A program made the translations under genes and the position numbers. A model generated the notes under the pieces. That model was not told the origin of the DNA, did not search any database, and saw only the letters and a program-made list of their open reading frames with translations. Positions 11,126-21,108 of a DNA stretch of 64,000 nt are shown one piece after another (the stretch's first letter is position 1; each line of letters starts with the position of its first letter). Source of the stretch: an uncultured virus (IMG/VR IMGVR_UViG_3300038825_001787) (taxonomy: Duplodnaviria > Heunggongvirae > Uroviricota > Caudoviricetes); IMG/VR virus record IMGVR_UViG_3300038825_001787. One strand, 5' to 3'.

Positions 11126-12121
11126 CTACTCCATGTCATCTGGTGTATCTTCTGACCTAAACGTGCCACCAAAACACTCCTTAAAACAAACGTCTTTGAA
11201 ATCACACAGTTTTCTGCAGAAATTAACCTGCGGTAAACTGTATTCGTTAAACTTCTTTTTAGAAGGTTCAGCACCAAATGCTGTTTCGTCTCCTTTGTAT
11301 TGTGGCTTTGGAGGGAATACACCGTCTAAATGGTCGTTTAGGAAGTCTGTTGTACGAACAAAAGATGTTACCAAATCCTTGAAATTGTCCACATCTTGCG
11401 GATATACATCAACATTGAATGTCCTAACTGTTGGTTGGTCTGCTTTACGCTTATCTTTCCAACCAGACTTGTGTTTATCTGTAACAATGTACCTAAACTT
11501 GTTAGTATTTAGTGCCTGTGAATAAGGAACCCACTGCAATTCTGACATTATACGGCCAGATGTCCAGCGAGAAGACTTCCAATAAGAAGCCATCTTCAAA
11601 TCAGTAACAGAACCATCTGTATGTGTTATATCAGCAAATCCATTCAACCTAATAGTTTGTCCATCAATCTGTATAGGCCATATACATTGTACCTGTGTAT
11701 CTGCAATAGGAGGCATTTGGAACTTGTTACCCAAATGGTCTTTACCGTTTTGCCACGCTAGTAAGAAGCCTCTAGTCCATGTCCTAAAGTCCATTACTTC
11801 CTGTAAGGCTTGTTGCTCTGTTACAGGACTGCCGTCTAGATTTAACAAAGGCTTGTCTTCATCGTTTTGTGCTTCTTTTATTCTAATAAGTAAAATATCT
11901 CCAGCCAACTCAACGATTGGTTCTACGTCTTGGCTAGGGTCTGCTCTAAACTCTTCCATAGCGATTTCATCGAAAACGTTACCACTAAGGAAAAAGAGTC
12001 TGTTAGGTGTCTTTATCTTCTGAACGTACTGGTAAAAGTACTTTCTAGGACAATCTGAAAAGGTTTTCAACCTAGAGGGCGATATATCGTGCCTTCTCCA
12101 GTCTCCCCAATCTTTACCCAT
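11126..12121 (-). CDS. RecB/Cas4-like PD-(D/E)xK exonuclease with Fe-S-type cysteines
   Basis: SPSRL..F.DCPRKY, GFAD...DLK, Q..PY and C-terminal CxxxCxxxxxC. Confidence 0.8.
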   Translation of the reverse strand: MGKDWGDWRRHDISPSRLKTFSDCPRKYFYQYVQKIKTPNRLFFLSGNVFDEIAMEEFRADPSQDVEPIVELAGDILLIRIKEAQNDEDKPLLNLDGSPVTEQQALQEVMDFRTWTRGFLLAWQNGKDHLGNKFQMPPIADTQVQCIWPIQIDGQTIRLNGFADITHTDGSVTDLKMASYWKSSRWTSGRIMSELQWVPYSQALNTNKFRYIVTDKHKSGWKDKRKADQPTVRTFNVDVYPQDVDNFKDLVTSFVRTTDFLNDHLDGVFPPKPQYKGDETAFGAEPSKKKFNEYSLPQVNFCRKLCDFKDVCFKECFGGTFRSEDTPDDME

Positions 12122-12406
12122 TTACTCGTCCTCCTCTTTCAAAACTACCTCTCCTAAGATTAACTCTGCAGGATCGACAAATGGCATCAATTTACCGTTA
12201 AGCATTGCCCAGTGTTTGTATGCGCCCTTATCTTCGGGGTCGTCTACTGGTATTAGTCCTCTAGATACAGTCATTCCGTGATACATACAGTATCCGTCTT
12301 TGACCATATCGACCTGCCATATTGGACTATCTCTGTCTAGGGGGTGGGGAATTAGTATTCTTTGGCCGCAATCAGGATAGGTACATAGTATTCCTTCTTT
12401 TTCCAT
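12122..12406 (-). CDS. small Cys/His protein
   Basis: CxxxxC...CxxH. Confidence 0.5.
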   Translation of the reverse strand: MEKEGILCTYPDCGQRILIPHPLDRDSPIWQVDMVKDGYCMYHGMTVSRGLIPVDDPEDKGAYKHWAMLNGKLMPFVDPAELILGEVVLKEEDE

Positions 12407-12410
12407 TTAC

Positions 12411-13142
12411 TCACGACCTGTCCGGATGGGAAGTTATTCCCACTAATGCACAGTATCTCTTGCAGTGTTCAGTCCATTCTGGGCGATTTCCTGCCAAGAA
12501 TGCTACATAGTGTACGAAAGTCTTACCTTCATCACCAGACATATATGCTTGATGAACAGTCTCACCCTTTCTAGCACCTTTGTCAAAAGTAAAGTTTCCA
12601 GGGTGGTTTACATCAGATTCGTCTATTAACAATTCTGTAGTCTTTTCTACACCAATAGTATCTTCTTCTACTTCGGTGGCTGTTTCTACGTTTTCTTCTC
12701 CTTCTAGGATTTGACACCAAGATTTCTTGACGGAAATGGTCTCTCCTGCTTTCTTGACATTGTTACCTGTTTCGACAGATACCGTCAGCCACGCATTGGC
12801 TTTGTCTACTATTGTGCCGACACAGCCATCATTTGGTCCATCAGAGCCAGTAATCAGCACTCTGACCCCTACTTCTAGGTCAGTAGTGAATACTGTTTCT
12901 CTTGCTTTAGGTAGGGTAGTAGCCTGAATTGCTTCTTTTTCTACTACTTCTACAGTTTCTTGCTTGCTTTCTTCTATTACAGATGCTACTGATATCTCAG
13001 AGAGTTGTTCGTTGGCTTCTATAGCCTTCTCCAATCTCTTCTCAACTGTCCTTAATGGTAATGGTCGATTAACCATCTCCTCAAGGGAGCCTGCGATTCT
13101 TTCAAGAGCATCTGCGATTCTCTCTTGATAATTATCAGACAT
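12411..13142 (-). CDS. hypothetical protein with KOW/SH3-like central region
   Basis: LEVGVRVLITGSDGPNDGCVGTIV; probable start MSDNY. Confidence 0.55.
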   Translation of the reverse strand: MSDNYQERIADALERIAGSLEEMVNRPLPLRTVEKRLEKAIEANEQLSEISVASVIEESKQETVEVVEKEAIQATTLPKARETVFTTDLEVGVRVLITGSDGPNDGCVGTIVDKANAWLTVSVETGNNVKKAGETISVKKSWCQILEGEENVETATEVEEDTIGVEKTTELLIDESDVNHPGNFTFDKGARKGETVHQAYMSGDEGKTFVHYVAFLAGNRPEWTEHCKRYCALVGITSHPDRS

Positions 13143-13598
13143 AGCCGTTGCTCGTAAGCGAAGGTAATTAAACATTGTCATTGTAACCTAGTATTCATAT
13201 AAACTATGTTTGACTGAGATGGGGTTATAATCACCTGCCTACTCGGTTATATTGCGGGGTTGGACAACCTCCTTTTGACAACAACTCCTATTGTGCTGCA
13301 ACCAATAATCTGTTTTTCCATGCCCAATTCCCGCAACCTATTATTATACCCTAGTGAAAACATCGAATAATAGCCTTTTACCCCTGATATGTACACTTAT
13401 CCGCCTATATGTAAAAGGGTATATGTATATGTGTAACGGACGTTATACATATGAGAACCAGGTGCCTACCCATTTGCTGTAAGTATAACCCCCCATTAAC
13501 TTATATACCGCCTGTAGGTGGGTATAGGCATAGCCGCACCCAAGGTATAGTTCAATGTAACTAGGATTGCAGCAAACATAGTTAAGGAGAAGACGCAA

Positions 13599-13742
13599 AT
13601 GATAGAAAGTAAATTGATGGAAGTATATTTAGAAAGATGCAAGAAGGAGCCGGAGTTCAGACAGGAGTTACTAGACGCTGTCTCGCAAATGGAAGGAATC
13701 CTAAAAGATATAAGAATAGCAATACATGAGGTGGAAGCATGA
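13599..13742 (+). CDS. small hypothetical protein (not in the ORF track)
   Basis: AGGAG RBS, 47 aa, stop overlaps the next ATG. Confidence 0.5.
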   Translation: MIESKLMEVYLERCKKEPEFRQELLDAVSQMEGILKDIRIAIHEVEA

Positions 13743-13993
13743 AAGAGTGCTCACATGATCTTAACGGTGGGAACCATATTTATGAATTAGGAGCCACAGA
13801 AGAGCAGTTAAGTACAGGCTCTCTTAGAATCCACAAGAAGAAGGTTCAGTGTATACTTTGTAAAGAAATGGTATTGCAGGAATATGTCAACGTCGATTGC
13901 TTACCGGAAGGACTCTATGAACAATTGATGAAAGAATGGTATTATGAGTTAGCAGAGAGGAAAGGTTGGTTAGAAGATGAGGTGGAAGCATGA
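13739..13993 (+). CDS. small hypothetical protein
   Basis: GAGGTGG RBS and ATGA coupling. Confidence 0.6.
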   Translation: MKECSHDLNGGNHIYELGATEEQLSTGSLRIHKKKVQCILCKEMVLQEYVNVDCLPEGLYEQLMKEWYYELAERKGWLEDEVEA

Positions 13994-14054
13994 TATCTGA
14001 CGCCATTGCACAATATATGCCTAAGTGGGTCTTATTCATAGGGAGGTTACTACA

Positions 14055-14615
14055 ATGAATATCTTTGTTCTTTCAACCGATCCTGTGGAAGCAGCAGTAA
14101 TGCAACTAGATCGCCATATCGTGAAAATGCCCTTAGAAACCGCACAAATGCTATGCGCTGCATATCCTGACGGTGTAGCACCGTACAAGAAAACACATTA
14201 CAATCATCCATCTACAGTATGGGCTAGAACTTGTAGAGAGAATCACGATTGGCTAATACGACATGGTCTTGCACTATGTATGGAATATACCAACCGCTAC
14301 GGGCGTAGGCATAAGTGTCAAGACGTTATTGAATGGGTCAGGGATAATCGCCCTAACCTACCCGTAAACGGAGAAATGACACCATTTGTAGCCGCTATAA
14401 GTGCTGACCAGAAGTGTAGGTCTTTCTATAACTTTGATAATCTACCTATAGTAACTAAGTATAGGTTATACTATCTATATGATAAGTCCTATATGGGTAT
14501 ATGGAATAAAGGTAAATCTAATCCTCCAGAATGGTACTCAGCATTGTTGCCTATAATACAAGACCCAGACGAATACGCTAGAAGTATCATGCAAACTGCT
14601 TGGTCGAGATGGTAA
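14055..14615 (+). CDS. pyrimidine-dimer DNA glycosylase-like protein (T4 endonuclease V family)
   Basis: MNIF..DP..AA....D.H.VKM.LE.AQML, H.NHP...W, Y..RY...H; GGAGG RBS. Confidence 0.8.
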   Translation: MNIFVLSTDPVEAAVMQLDRHIVKMPLETAQMLCAAYPDGVAPYKKTHYNHPSTVWARTCRENHDWLIRHGLALCMEYTNRYGRRHKCQDVIEWVRDNRPNLPVNGEMTPFVAAISADQKCRSFYNFDNLPIVTKYRLYYLYDKSYMGIWNKGKSNPPEWYSALLPIIQDPDEYARSIMQTAWSRW

Positions 14616-15084
14616 AGAATTAAGTAAATAAGTAAACAGAGTTAATGTTGGGAGAGATAGTTATGTATGAATTTGAAATATTGATAGTCCTTAATCTGAT
14701 TACCTTAATTGCGTTATACATTAACGCAGCAGTTATTGGTAAGGCGTTAGAGTTATTTAGTGAAATACATGATGTAATTTCGCATCTTATTGCTCATGCA
14801 GTATTAGTACAGGCAGTAGAAGATGGTGAGTTTGAGTTATTCGAAGAATTAACCCAAGATGCTGTTGCTAAAATAAACACCAAAAAAGAGTCCACGTTAT
14901 TTGAAGACATGGAGGAATGATTAGATGAAACACAATGGAAAGAAGTTTAGGAAACTAATGAGAGAATACAAGCGAACAAGAGTAGGTAACAGTAAACCTG
15001 TTGCCTCAGTAAAGCAAGGTAGAGGAAAGCGACATAAGCATCTTCGTAAAAGAGATGCTCTGAAAGCACGAAGGAGATGCTAGG

Positions 15085-15636
15085 ATGGATTTTATCCTAA
15101 AGAAAGACCTGACTAGAGCGAATGAGTTATATCATTCTATCAAAATAAGTCGTAGAAAGCGGAATTGGCAACACAAGTTGTTGAGAGCAGCGAAGAATGA
15201 TCGCATTCAGTTAAACACCCTGTCTAGAGAAACGGTTGCTAAAGTAAAAGATATAATTGTTCTTCGTAACAAATGTAACGAAGAAGCAAGTAAGTACAAA
15301 ACGCTACGTAATGAAGCGGTTAAAAAACTACAAGCGACAAGTGATGCTAAATTAAAGATGAAGTATAGCAAAGAGCAAGTTAAGTATCATGAGCAAATGA
15401 TGACTGCTGTCGAAGAAGCACAACGACACCATGTACACATAGATTCTCTTAATGTTACTATAATCGATTTGAACAAAAAACACGATAAGAAACACGAGGA
15501 AGTGTTGTTTTTGCGTGGTAAAAGCGAAGTCTTCCATGCGGATATCCAATCGGCAATTGACGAAATAGAAGCGATTAAAGCAAAGCATGACATAAAATAC
15601 CTAGATTATGAACTTACAGAGATGGAGGAAGAGTAA
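15085..15636 (+). CDS. coiled-coil protein
   Basis: Extended heptad pattern. Confidence 0.6.
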   Translation: MDFILKKDLTRANELYHSIKISRRKRNWQHKLLRAAKNDRIQLNTLSRETVAKVKDIIVLRNKCNEEASKYKTLRNEAVKKLQATSDAKLKMKYSKEQVKYHEQMMTAVEEAQRHHVHIDSLNVTIIDLNKKHDKKHEEVLFLRGKSEVFHADIQSAIDEIEAIKAKHDIKYLDYELTEMEEE

Positions 15637-15939
15637 GTGAGTTATCGAAAGTTATTCAATTACTTGATTGCTATGGGCATAGGAGGTCTAGGGCTGTTCA
15701 ACTCAAGTAAGTTAGAGATAAGATATGAGACAAATAGCAACTTAGAGTTACTCTGTCAAAATGGTATGATAATATCTAGCGTGATTATTGTTTATTTCTT
15801 CCTAGCCTTTTGGGTAGAGATACTAACTGTGCGCACTATTCGTAAGCGTAAAGCAATACGTAAGACTTTTGTGGATACGCAGCCTCTTTCTATCAGCGAT
15901 TTTGTAGAAATTTCGGCGGAAAAGACGGAGGAAGAGTAA
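15637..15939 (+). CDS. membrane protein
   Basis: Two hydrophobic segments. Confidence 0.5.
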   Translation: MSYRKLFNYLIAMGIGGLGLFNSSKLEIRYETNSNLELLCQNGMIISSVIIVYFFLAFWVEILTVRTIRKRKAIRKTFVDTQPLSISDFVEISAEKTEEE

Positions 15940-16024
15940 TGCTGTGTCCACATTGTCAGAAAGAACTTTCTGACTACATGTATTATGACGAAGAAGCACA
16001 AATTTGTAGAATAGTGGTGATGAG

Positions 16025-16771
16025 ATGAGAGCAGTCATCTATTCTAGAGTGTCTACTGACCATCAATCAGAAGGTTCTGTTGAACAGCAGATACGTAAGT
16101 GTAGAGAGTATTGTGCATTCAAAGACTACGAAGTCGTAGAAGTATACTCTGATGTGGGATCTGGTATGAAGACTCAGCGTGAAGGTTACGAAAAAATGAT
16201 GGATGACATAAACAACTGGGACATAGCAATTGCGTACAAACTAGATAGGTTTCACCGTAGCGCAGCAAACGCTGCTACATGGGCGGCGGATTTGAACGCT
16301 AGGAACAAAAACTTCGCAGCCATTGACATAGATATCGACACTGTTACACCTATGGGTAGATTTATTTTTCAGTTAATGAGTTCATTAGCGCAATTAGAAG
16401 TAGAAATGACCCGTGAAAGAACCAAAATGGGTCTAGATGCTGTTAAGCATCAAGGTAGAAAACTTGGCCCACCCCCATATGGATATGATTCTAAATACAA
16501 AATCACCGGAAAAGAAGATGATAAAGGTCTTTTAGTTGTTAATAGTGCAGAGGCAGAAATAGTGAAAATTATTTTCCAGTGCAAAGAAAAGGCTCTCAGT
16601 CTGTCTGAAATCTGTGAACATCTGATAGAAAGCGGAATAAAAACCAAGAAAGGTAAACTTAGTTGGTCGCCCGCTACTATTAGCGGTATACTAAAAAACG
16701 AACGCCTATACAAAGGCATATACGAATTAGATGGTGAAGAAAAAGAATTCTCTTGGGGAGGTATTTTATGA
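16025..16771 (+). CDS. serine recombinase (resolvase/invertase family)
   Basis: YSRVST catalytic motif, DVGSG, KLDRFHR, ERTKMGL, GPPPYGY. Confidence 0.92.
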   Translation: MRAVIYSRVSTDHQSEGSVEQQIRKCREYCAFKDYEVVEVYSDVGSGMKTQREGYEKMMDDINNWDIAIAYKLDRFHRSAANAATWAADLNARNKNFAAIDIDIDTVTPMGRFIFQLMSSLAQLEVEMTRERTKMGLDAVKHQGRKLGPPPYGYDSKYKITGKEDDKGLLVVNSAEAEIVKIIFQCKEKALSLSEICEHLIESGIKTKKGKLSWSPATISGILKNERLYKGIYELDGEEKEFSWGGIL

Positions 16772-16867
16772 ACAGTACATATATAGAAGGACAACAAACA
16801 ACAAACAGTATGATAGCGTTAGACAATAATGCGGCTGGATACGTCGCATATATCAGAGGTAATTTAG

Positions 16868-17215
16868 ATGAGTGATAATCTAAAAGCGGGTGATATACTA
16901 TGTTTCTACGAAGTCAAGAATCCACAAGGTAATATGGCAGGAATGATGGTTAAAGAAAGCCACGAACGTAGTATAGATAACTATGTTCAGTGGGCCAAAA
17001 ATCTGCAAAGAGACATGGAGATTGCTGGACATTCTTTCCATAGAGCAATGTGGGTAAAACTCAATGATATGAAGATAGAATCACCGTTTGTTCCTGAAAA
17101 AGTGCCATTTAAGGTATATCCTGACGGGGCTGTAGCACTAGGTGAAGCAAAGTGGTGGTTAAATCATATATTCACTCTTTACGGTGACACAGACAAGGCA
17201 GCAGAAGAAGAGTAA
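16868..17215 (+). CDS. hypothetical protein
   Basis: ORF with GAGGT RBS. Confidence 0.6.
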   Translation: MSDNLKAGDILCFYEVKNPQGNMAGMMVKESHERSIDNYVQWAKNLQRDMEIAGHSFHRAMWVKLNDMKIESPFVPEKVPFKVYPDGAVALGEAKWWLNHIFTLYGDTDKAAEEE

Positions 17216-17248
17216 AGTTAACTGTAACTATGTTTAAGAGGCTATATT

Positions 17249-17698
17249 ATGGGTGTGTTGCTATACACAAACACTAAATTAAACCTCTGCGAAAATGGTA
17301 TTTTGGTTTGCCCAATATGTACACAACTAAAAGATATGAGAAACTATCCTATAACTACATTTAGAAAAACTGATGTTATAGCCTATGGACACCTACTAGG
17401 TTTTGTAGAAGAGAATGGTATAGAAAAAGGGCAACTAGTATTTTCAGACTCAAATACAACAGAGCCTATTCTATGGTTTCCTATGCATAAACTGTACAAT
17501 ACCAAATATAGATTGGATTGGATAGAAAGTGGTTTACAGACCTTGGCGAGTTATCGCTTGCATGATAAACATAGAATCTATTTTCCAGCGATAGGATATT
17601 ATGAAGAAGATGGTTTGGTGCAAGAAGATGTGCTAGAACTTGTTCAAAAGTACCTGTCAGATGGTAAAAAAGATGTATATTTTGTTACACACTATTAA
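17249..17698 (+). CDS. macrodomain-like protein (divergent)
   Basis: ILWFP.....RLDWIESGL.....IYFPAIG resembles phage macrodomain proteins. Confidence 0.5.
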   Translation: MGVLLYTNTKLNLCENGILVCPICTQLKDMRNYPITTFRKTDVIAYGHLLGFVEENGIEKGQLVFSDSNTTEPILWFPMHKLYNTKYRLDWIESGLQTLASYRLHDKHRIYFPAIGYYEEDGLVQEDVLELVQKYLSDGKKDVYFVTHY

Positions 17699-18717
17699 AG
17701 GAAAGACTAATTACCACTGACATCCCCCGACATCATGTGGAACCTCCACCGAGAAAACTAATCGAATCCGAATTGGATGCAATGTATAACATTGTAAAAC
17801 ATCTTATTAGTAGAAAAACAGTCAAAACTTTCGGATTTACCGAAGTTAATGTAGAAAATGGTGATAGTTATTCTATATCTGATATACAGTATAATAATAA
17901 TACTTATTTTGTAGTACTAGTAGAAGAGAGTGATAAAGAAACTGGTGTCTATATTCGTTCTGGTTTGGTGCATGATCTAGAAATTATATTACCTTTGCCC
18001 CATGTGTTTAGAATGTCTAATAAACCAAGTGAAGTCTCAGATGACTTGTGCTAGGAGGAGACATTGAGCCATCTTCTGATGAGGCAGTCTCGACTATCCC
18101 TACATTACTTGCACCAAAACTAGTGGATGCAGAATTGGAAATAGGGGTAGACGTACACATCGATGATTGCCTTTGTATGTACTGCGAAGAAAGCAGAGGG
18201 ATTATTGGAATAGGTACAACTATACTAGTGGAAGTTAGTAATGAATTTGACACAATGGTGCTTCGATTGTTGCCTGCAGAGGCCATGCAACTAGCAAAGG
18301 CAATAATTAAGCACACTAGTAACTTAGAAGATCTACAGGACCAAGGGGCGTGGGATGATCTCTAACAACAAAGATTTTCACTTGAAGAGTGAATGGATCA
18401 GGTTCCTAGAAGACTCTTCCATTGAATCTGTAAACTATTTTGGTACGGATGACATACGAAGTGACGTCTGGGAAGTATACAAAAAGCAACGTCCTGTAAC
18501 GGCACATATTCTAGAAGAACTATTTGGTAAAGCAAAGGCCATTGATTATGCAATGAATGTTTCTGAGCAATTCACAGAGGCAAAGGCAGTATCAATGGTA
18601 GCGTATACATGGAAACCGCAAATCGGAAAAACTAGTAAGAAAAAAAGTCGTATCAGTAATATAGTACACCCCAATATCGAAGATTGACTTATATATCAGT
18701 GGAAACGACGATGTATC

Positions 18718-19239
18718 ATGGGTAAATATTACGCGTATAATGGAAAACAGGTCGGATTCGTCCGAAAAGCGATTGATGATGTAGTACTAGTTGAGGAAGG
18801 ATGGGTCTCAGAAGTACAGAATCATTTTGGTAAAAGAAGCCACGATAAACTTCTTCAAATACCAGCACAGATACTAAAGGATGGAGGATTTCCTGAGGTA
18901 TCAAGAGCACAAGCATGGATTATTCTGTTAGAAATTCTTAACAAAGGTGTGCCAGAAGCACTACAAGATGCTAGTAGCGATGAATCAATTGGTAAAGGGT
19001 CTTTGCTAAAAGACATGATTAAGGCACCGGCTAGAGTGGCGGCAACAGTGGTTGATAAAAGCGTTAGTACTACAGTAGCGGCAGGGACTGCTGTAGCAAA
19101 TGCTGGGAAATCAGTCGTTACTAAAACAACAGAAGTAGCAGAAGACACAGTTGATGCGACAGTAGATGCAGCAGATGCAGTCGCAGATGTAGTCACAGAT
19201 GCAGTACTTGGTGAGGATGATGGCTCAGGCTCAGAGTGA
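18718..19239 (+). CDS. hypothetical protein with Ala/Thr/Val/Asp-rich tail
   Basis: 173-aa ORF. Confidence 0.6.
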   Translation: MGKYYAYNGKQVGFVRKAIDDVVLVEEGWVSEVQNHFGKRSHDKLLQIPAQILKDGGFPEVSRAQAWIILLEILNKGVPEALQDASSDESIGKGSLLKDMIKAPARVAATVVDKSVSTTVAAGTAVANAGKSVVTKTTEVAEDTVDATVDAADAVADVVTDAVLGEDDGSGSE

Positions 19240-19469
19240 GCGCGACCATCATATTCTCAGTATATTACTACAACATCCATACCTGCATGATGGTTTAACT
19301 GCAGAATCTGGTTATCACTACTTGCTAGGGAGAACACACAAAGACAGACGTAACGAACAGTGGCGTAAATCGCCCCGTACATTTGCCTATTGGCTAAAAA
19401 GATCTGGTTTTTCGGCTATTAGAATGGGAGATGTCAACCGATATTTTTGGCCAGAGGAAGAAGAATAAA

Positions 19470-19499
19470 TAACTCAAACTAGGTTATCATTATAAACCG
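19470..19499 (+). repeat. 30-bp direct repeat, copy 1 (promoter-like, TTATAAA)
   Basis: TAACTCAAACTAGGTTATCATTATAAACCG is identical at 20605-20634. Confidence 0.9.
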
Positions 19500-19522
19500 C
19501 AGCAACTTCTGACTAAGTCGGG

Positions 19523-20617
19523 ATGGGAATGGTTACTGAGCAGCAGAAAAGAATCGCCATCGCTCTTGACCGTATTGCAGATTCTTTACAAACGGAAGAA
19601 AAACCTGTAAAAAGGGGTAAAAAATACACTATTACTCACAAAGGAAAAACTCTTAACACCAATCATTGGTATCCGTTAACTGATGCTGAGTGCCTTGCTT
19701 TGAAAAAAGCATATTATACAAAACCCAGTAGTGAACTAGTTGTTCGTAATCTAAAAAAGATTGCTAATGGCGGTACACAGGTTGCACATATTACCAATTA
19801 TTTTGTCAAAGACTTGATGGCTAAAGTTAAGTTGCTGTCTCCACGATGGTCGATAGAAGAGATATTTGAAAGCAACGACTTGATTAGGTACTTTTGGAGT
19901 AGAGTACTGAGTAGCGAAAAGGTATATCCACCTCATAAAACTGACATCAATAATTTTGAGACTGCGCTTCGACTGTCGGGTGGTGGCGTTGCAATGAAAC
20001 CATCTAATTTTCCTATGAAAAGTATTGACCAAATACTAGAACAATACAATGTTAATGGCAAATACTACGATTTTTCTTGTGGTTGGGGAGTCAGAATGCT
20101 TTCTGCTATGAAAAACAATGTAGAATATTTCGGAACCGACCCAAATCATCTGTTAGTTGGTAGGCTTAATTCACTACATGAATCCTACAATAACGTTAAT
20201 GATACTAAAAATAAGGTAAATATCAAGTGTAGTGGTTCAGAAGTTTTCCATGCCGAATGGGAAAACACCATTGGTGTTGCATTTAGTAGCCCGCCGTATT
20301 TTTCTCTAGAAGATTACAAAATAGGAAACCAGTCATATACAGAAGGTACTACTTACGAACAGTGGTTAGAGGGCTATTTGACACGGACAATACAAAATAT
20401 TCACAAATATTTGGTATCTGACGGGTATTTTTTAATCAATGTAAAAAACTTTTCAGAGTACAAATTAGTCCAAGATACGCAACGCATCGCCAAAGCGAAC
20501 GGATTCGATCGCATTGATTCGATTCTTTTGAAAAACACAACTAGACCAAGTGCAAAAGATGATTTGAATACTAACGAAATAGTAATGGTTTTCAAGAAAA
20601 CTATTAACTCAAACTAG
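19523..20617 (+). CDS. amino-DNA methyltransferase (N4-C/N6-A class)
   Basis: SAM-binding DFSCGWG followed by catalytic SPPYF. Confidence 0.85.
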   Translation: MGMVTEQQKRIAIALDRIADSLQTEEKPVKRGKKYTITHKGKTLNTNHWYPLTDAECLALKKAYYTKPSSELVVRNLKKIANGGTQVAHITNYFVKDLMAKVKLLSPRWSIEEIFESNDLIRYFWSRVLSSEKVYPPHKTDINNFETALRLSGGGVAMKPSNFPMKSIDQILEQYNVNGKYYDFSCGWGVRMLSAMKNNVEYFGTDPNHLLVGRLNSLHESYNNVNDTKNKVNIKCSGSEVFHAEWENTIGVAFSSPPYFSLEDYKIGNQSYTEGTTYEQWLEGYLTRTIQNIHKYLVSDGYFLINVKNFSEYKLVQDTQRIAKANGFDRIDSILLKNTTRPSAKDDLNTNEIVMVFKKTINSN

Positions 20618-20634
20618 GTTATCATTATAAACCG
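20605..20634 (+). repeat. 30-bp direct repeat, copy 2
   Basis: Identical to 19470-19499. Confidence 0.9.
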
Positions 20635-20655
20635 ACTGGCTTTGGTAAGTAATCC

Positions 20656-21108
20656 ATGACGATGAAAGTACCGAAAATGGTAGTTGCAGACTACCTTAAA
20701 TTGCTGCGTAATACAAAAGTCACGGCATCAAAGGAACACGCACTAGTGAACCAAGACGTTCGTGACGGTTTTGTCTATTTTAGGACGTCTGGAGCCATCC
20801 TAGCCTTCAAGAATCTCCTAAGAGCCTCTGAACTAGGAACACAGCCAGAAACAGAGGTGTATCGCCAGAAAACAATAGATTACGAATGGGACAAAGAGAC
20901 TGATGGACTGACTGTTGGTTTAGTTTTAGAGAGAATAGAGAACATTCGTGGGCCAGATGGTGGCGGATATTATACTGGTCGCTGTCCTTCTTGTGCTAAA
21001 AGAGGTAAAGATTCCGATTCCAACCATTTTAGATTCAATCCAGAGCAATCAGTAATATACTGCTTTTCACAGTGTTCTAGGTTCGATATAGTAGGTGCAT
21101 TAAAATGA
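20656..21108 (+). CDS. primase-type Zn-binding domain protein
   Basis: RCPSC...D..NHF.F....YCFSQC; coupled to PolB. Confidence 0.55.
   Translation: MTMKVPKMVVADYLKLLRNTKVTASKEHALVNQDVRDGFVYFRTSGAILAFKNLLRASELGTQPETEVYRQKTIDYEWDKETDGLTVGLVLERIENIRGPDGGGYYTGRCPSCAKRGKDSDSNHFRFNPEQSVIYCFSQCSRFDIVGALK

Noticed and set aside
11126..12121. Cas4 as evidence of a CRISPR-Cas system
   Set aside because: Standalone Cas4/RecB-like nucleases are common in viruses; no cas1, cas2 or repeats are nearby.
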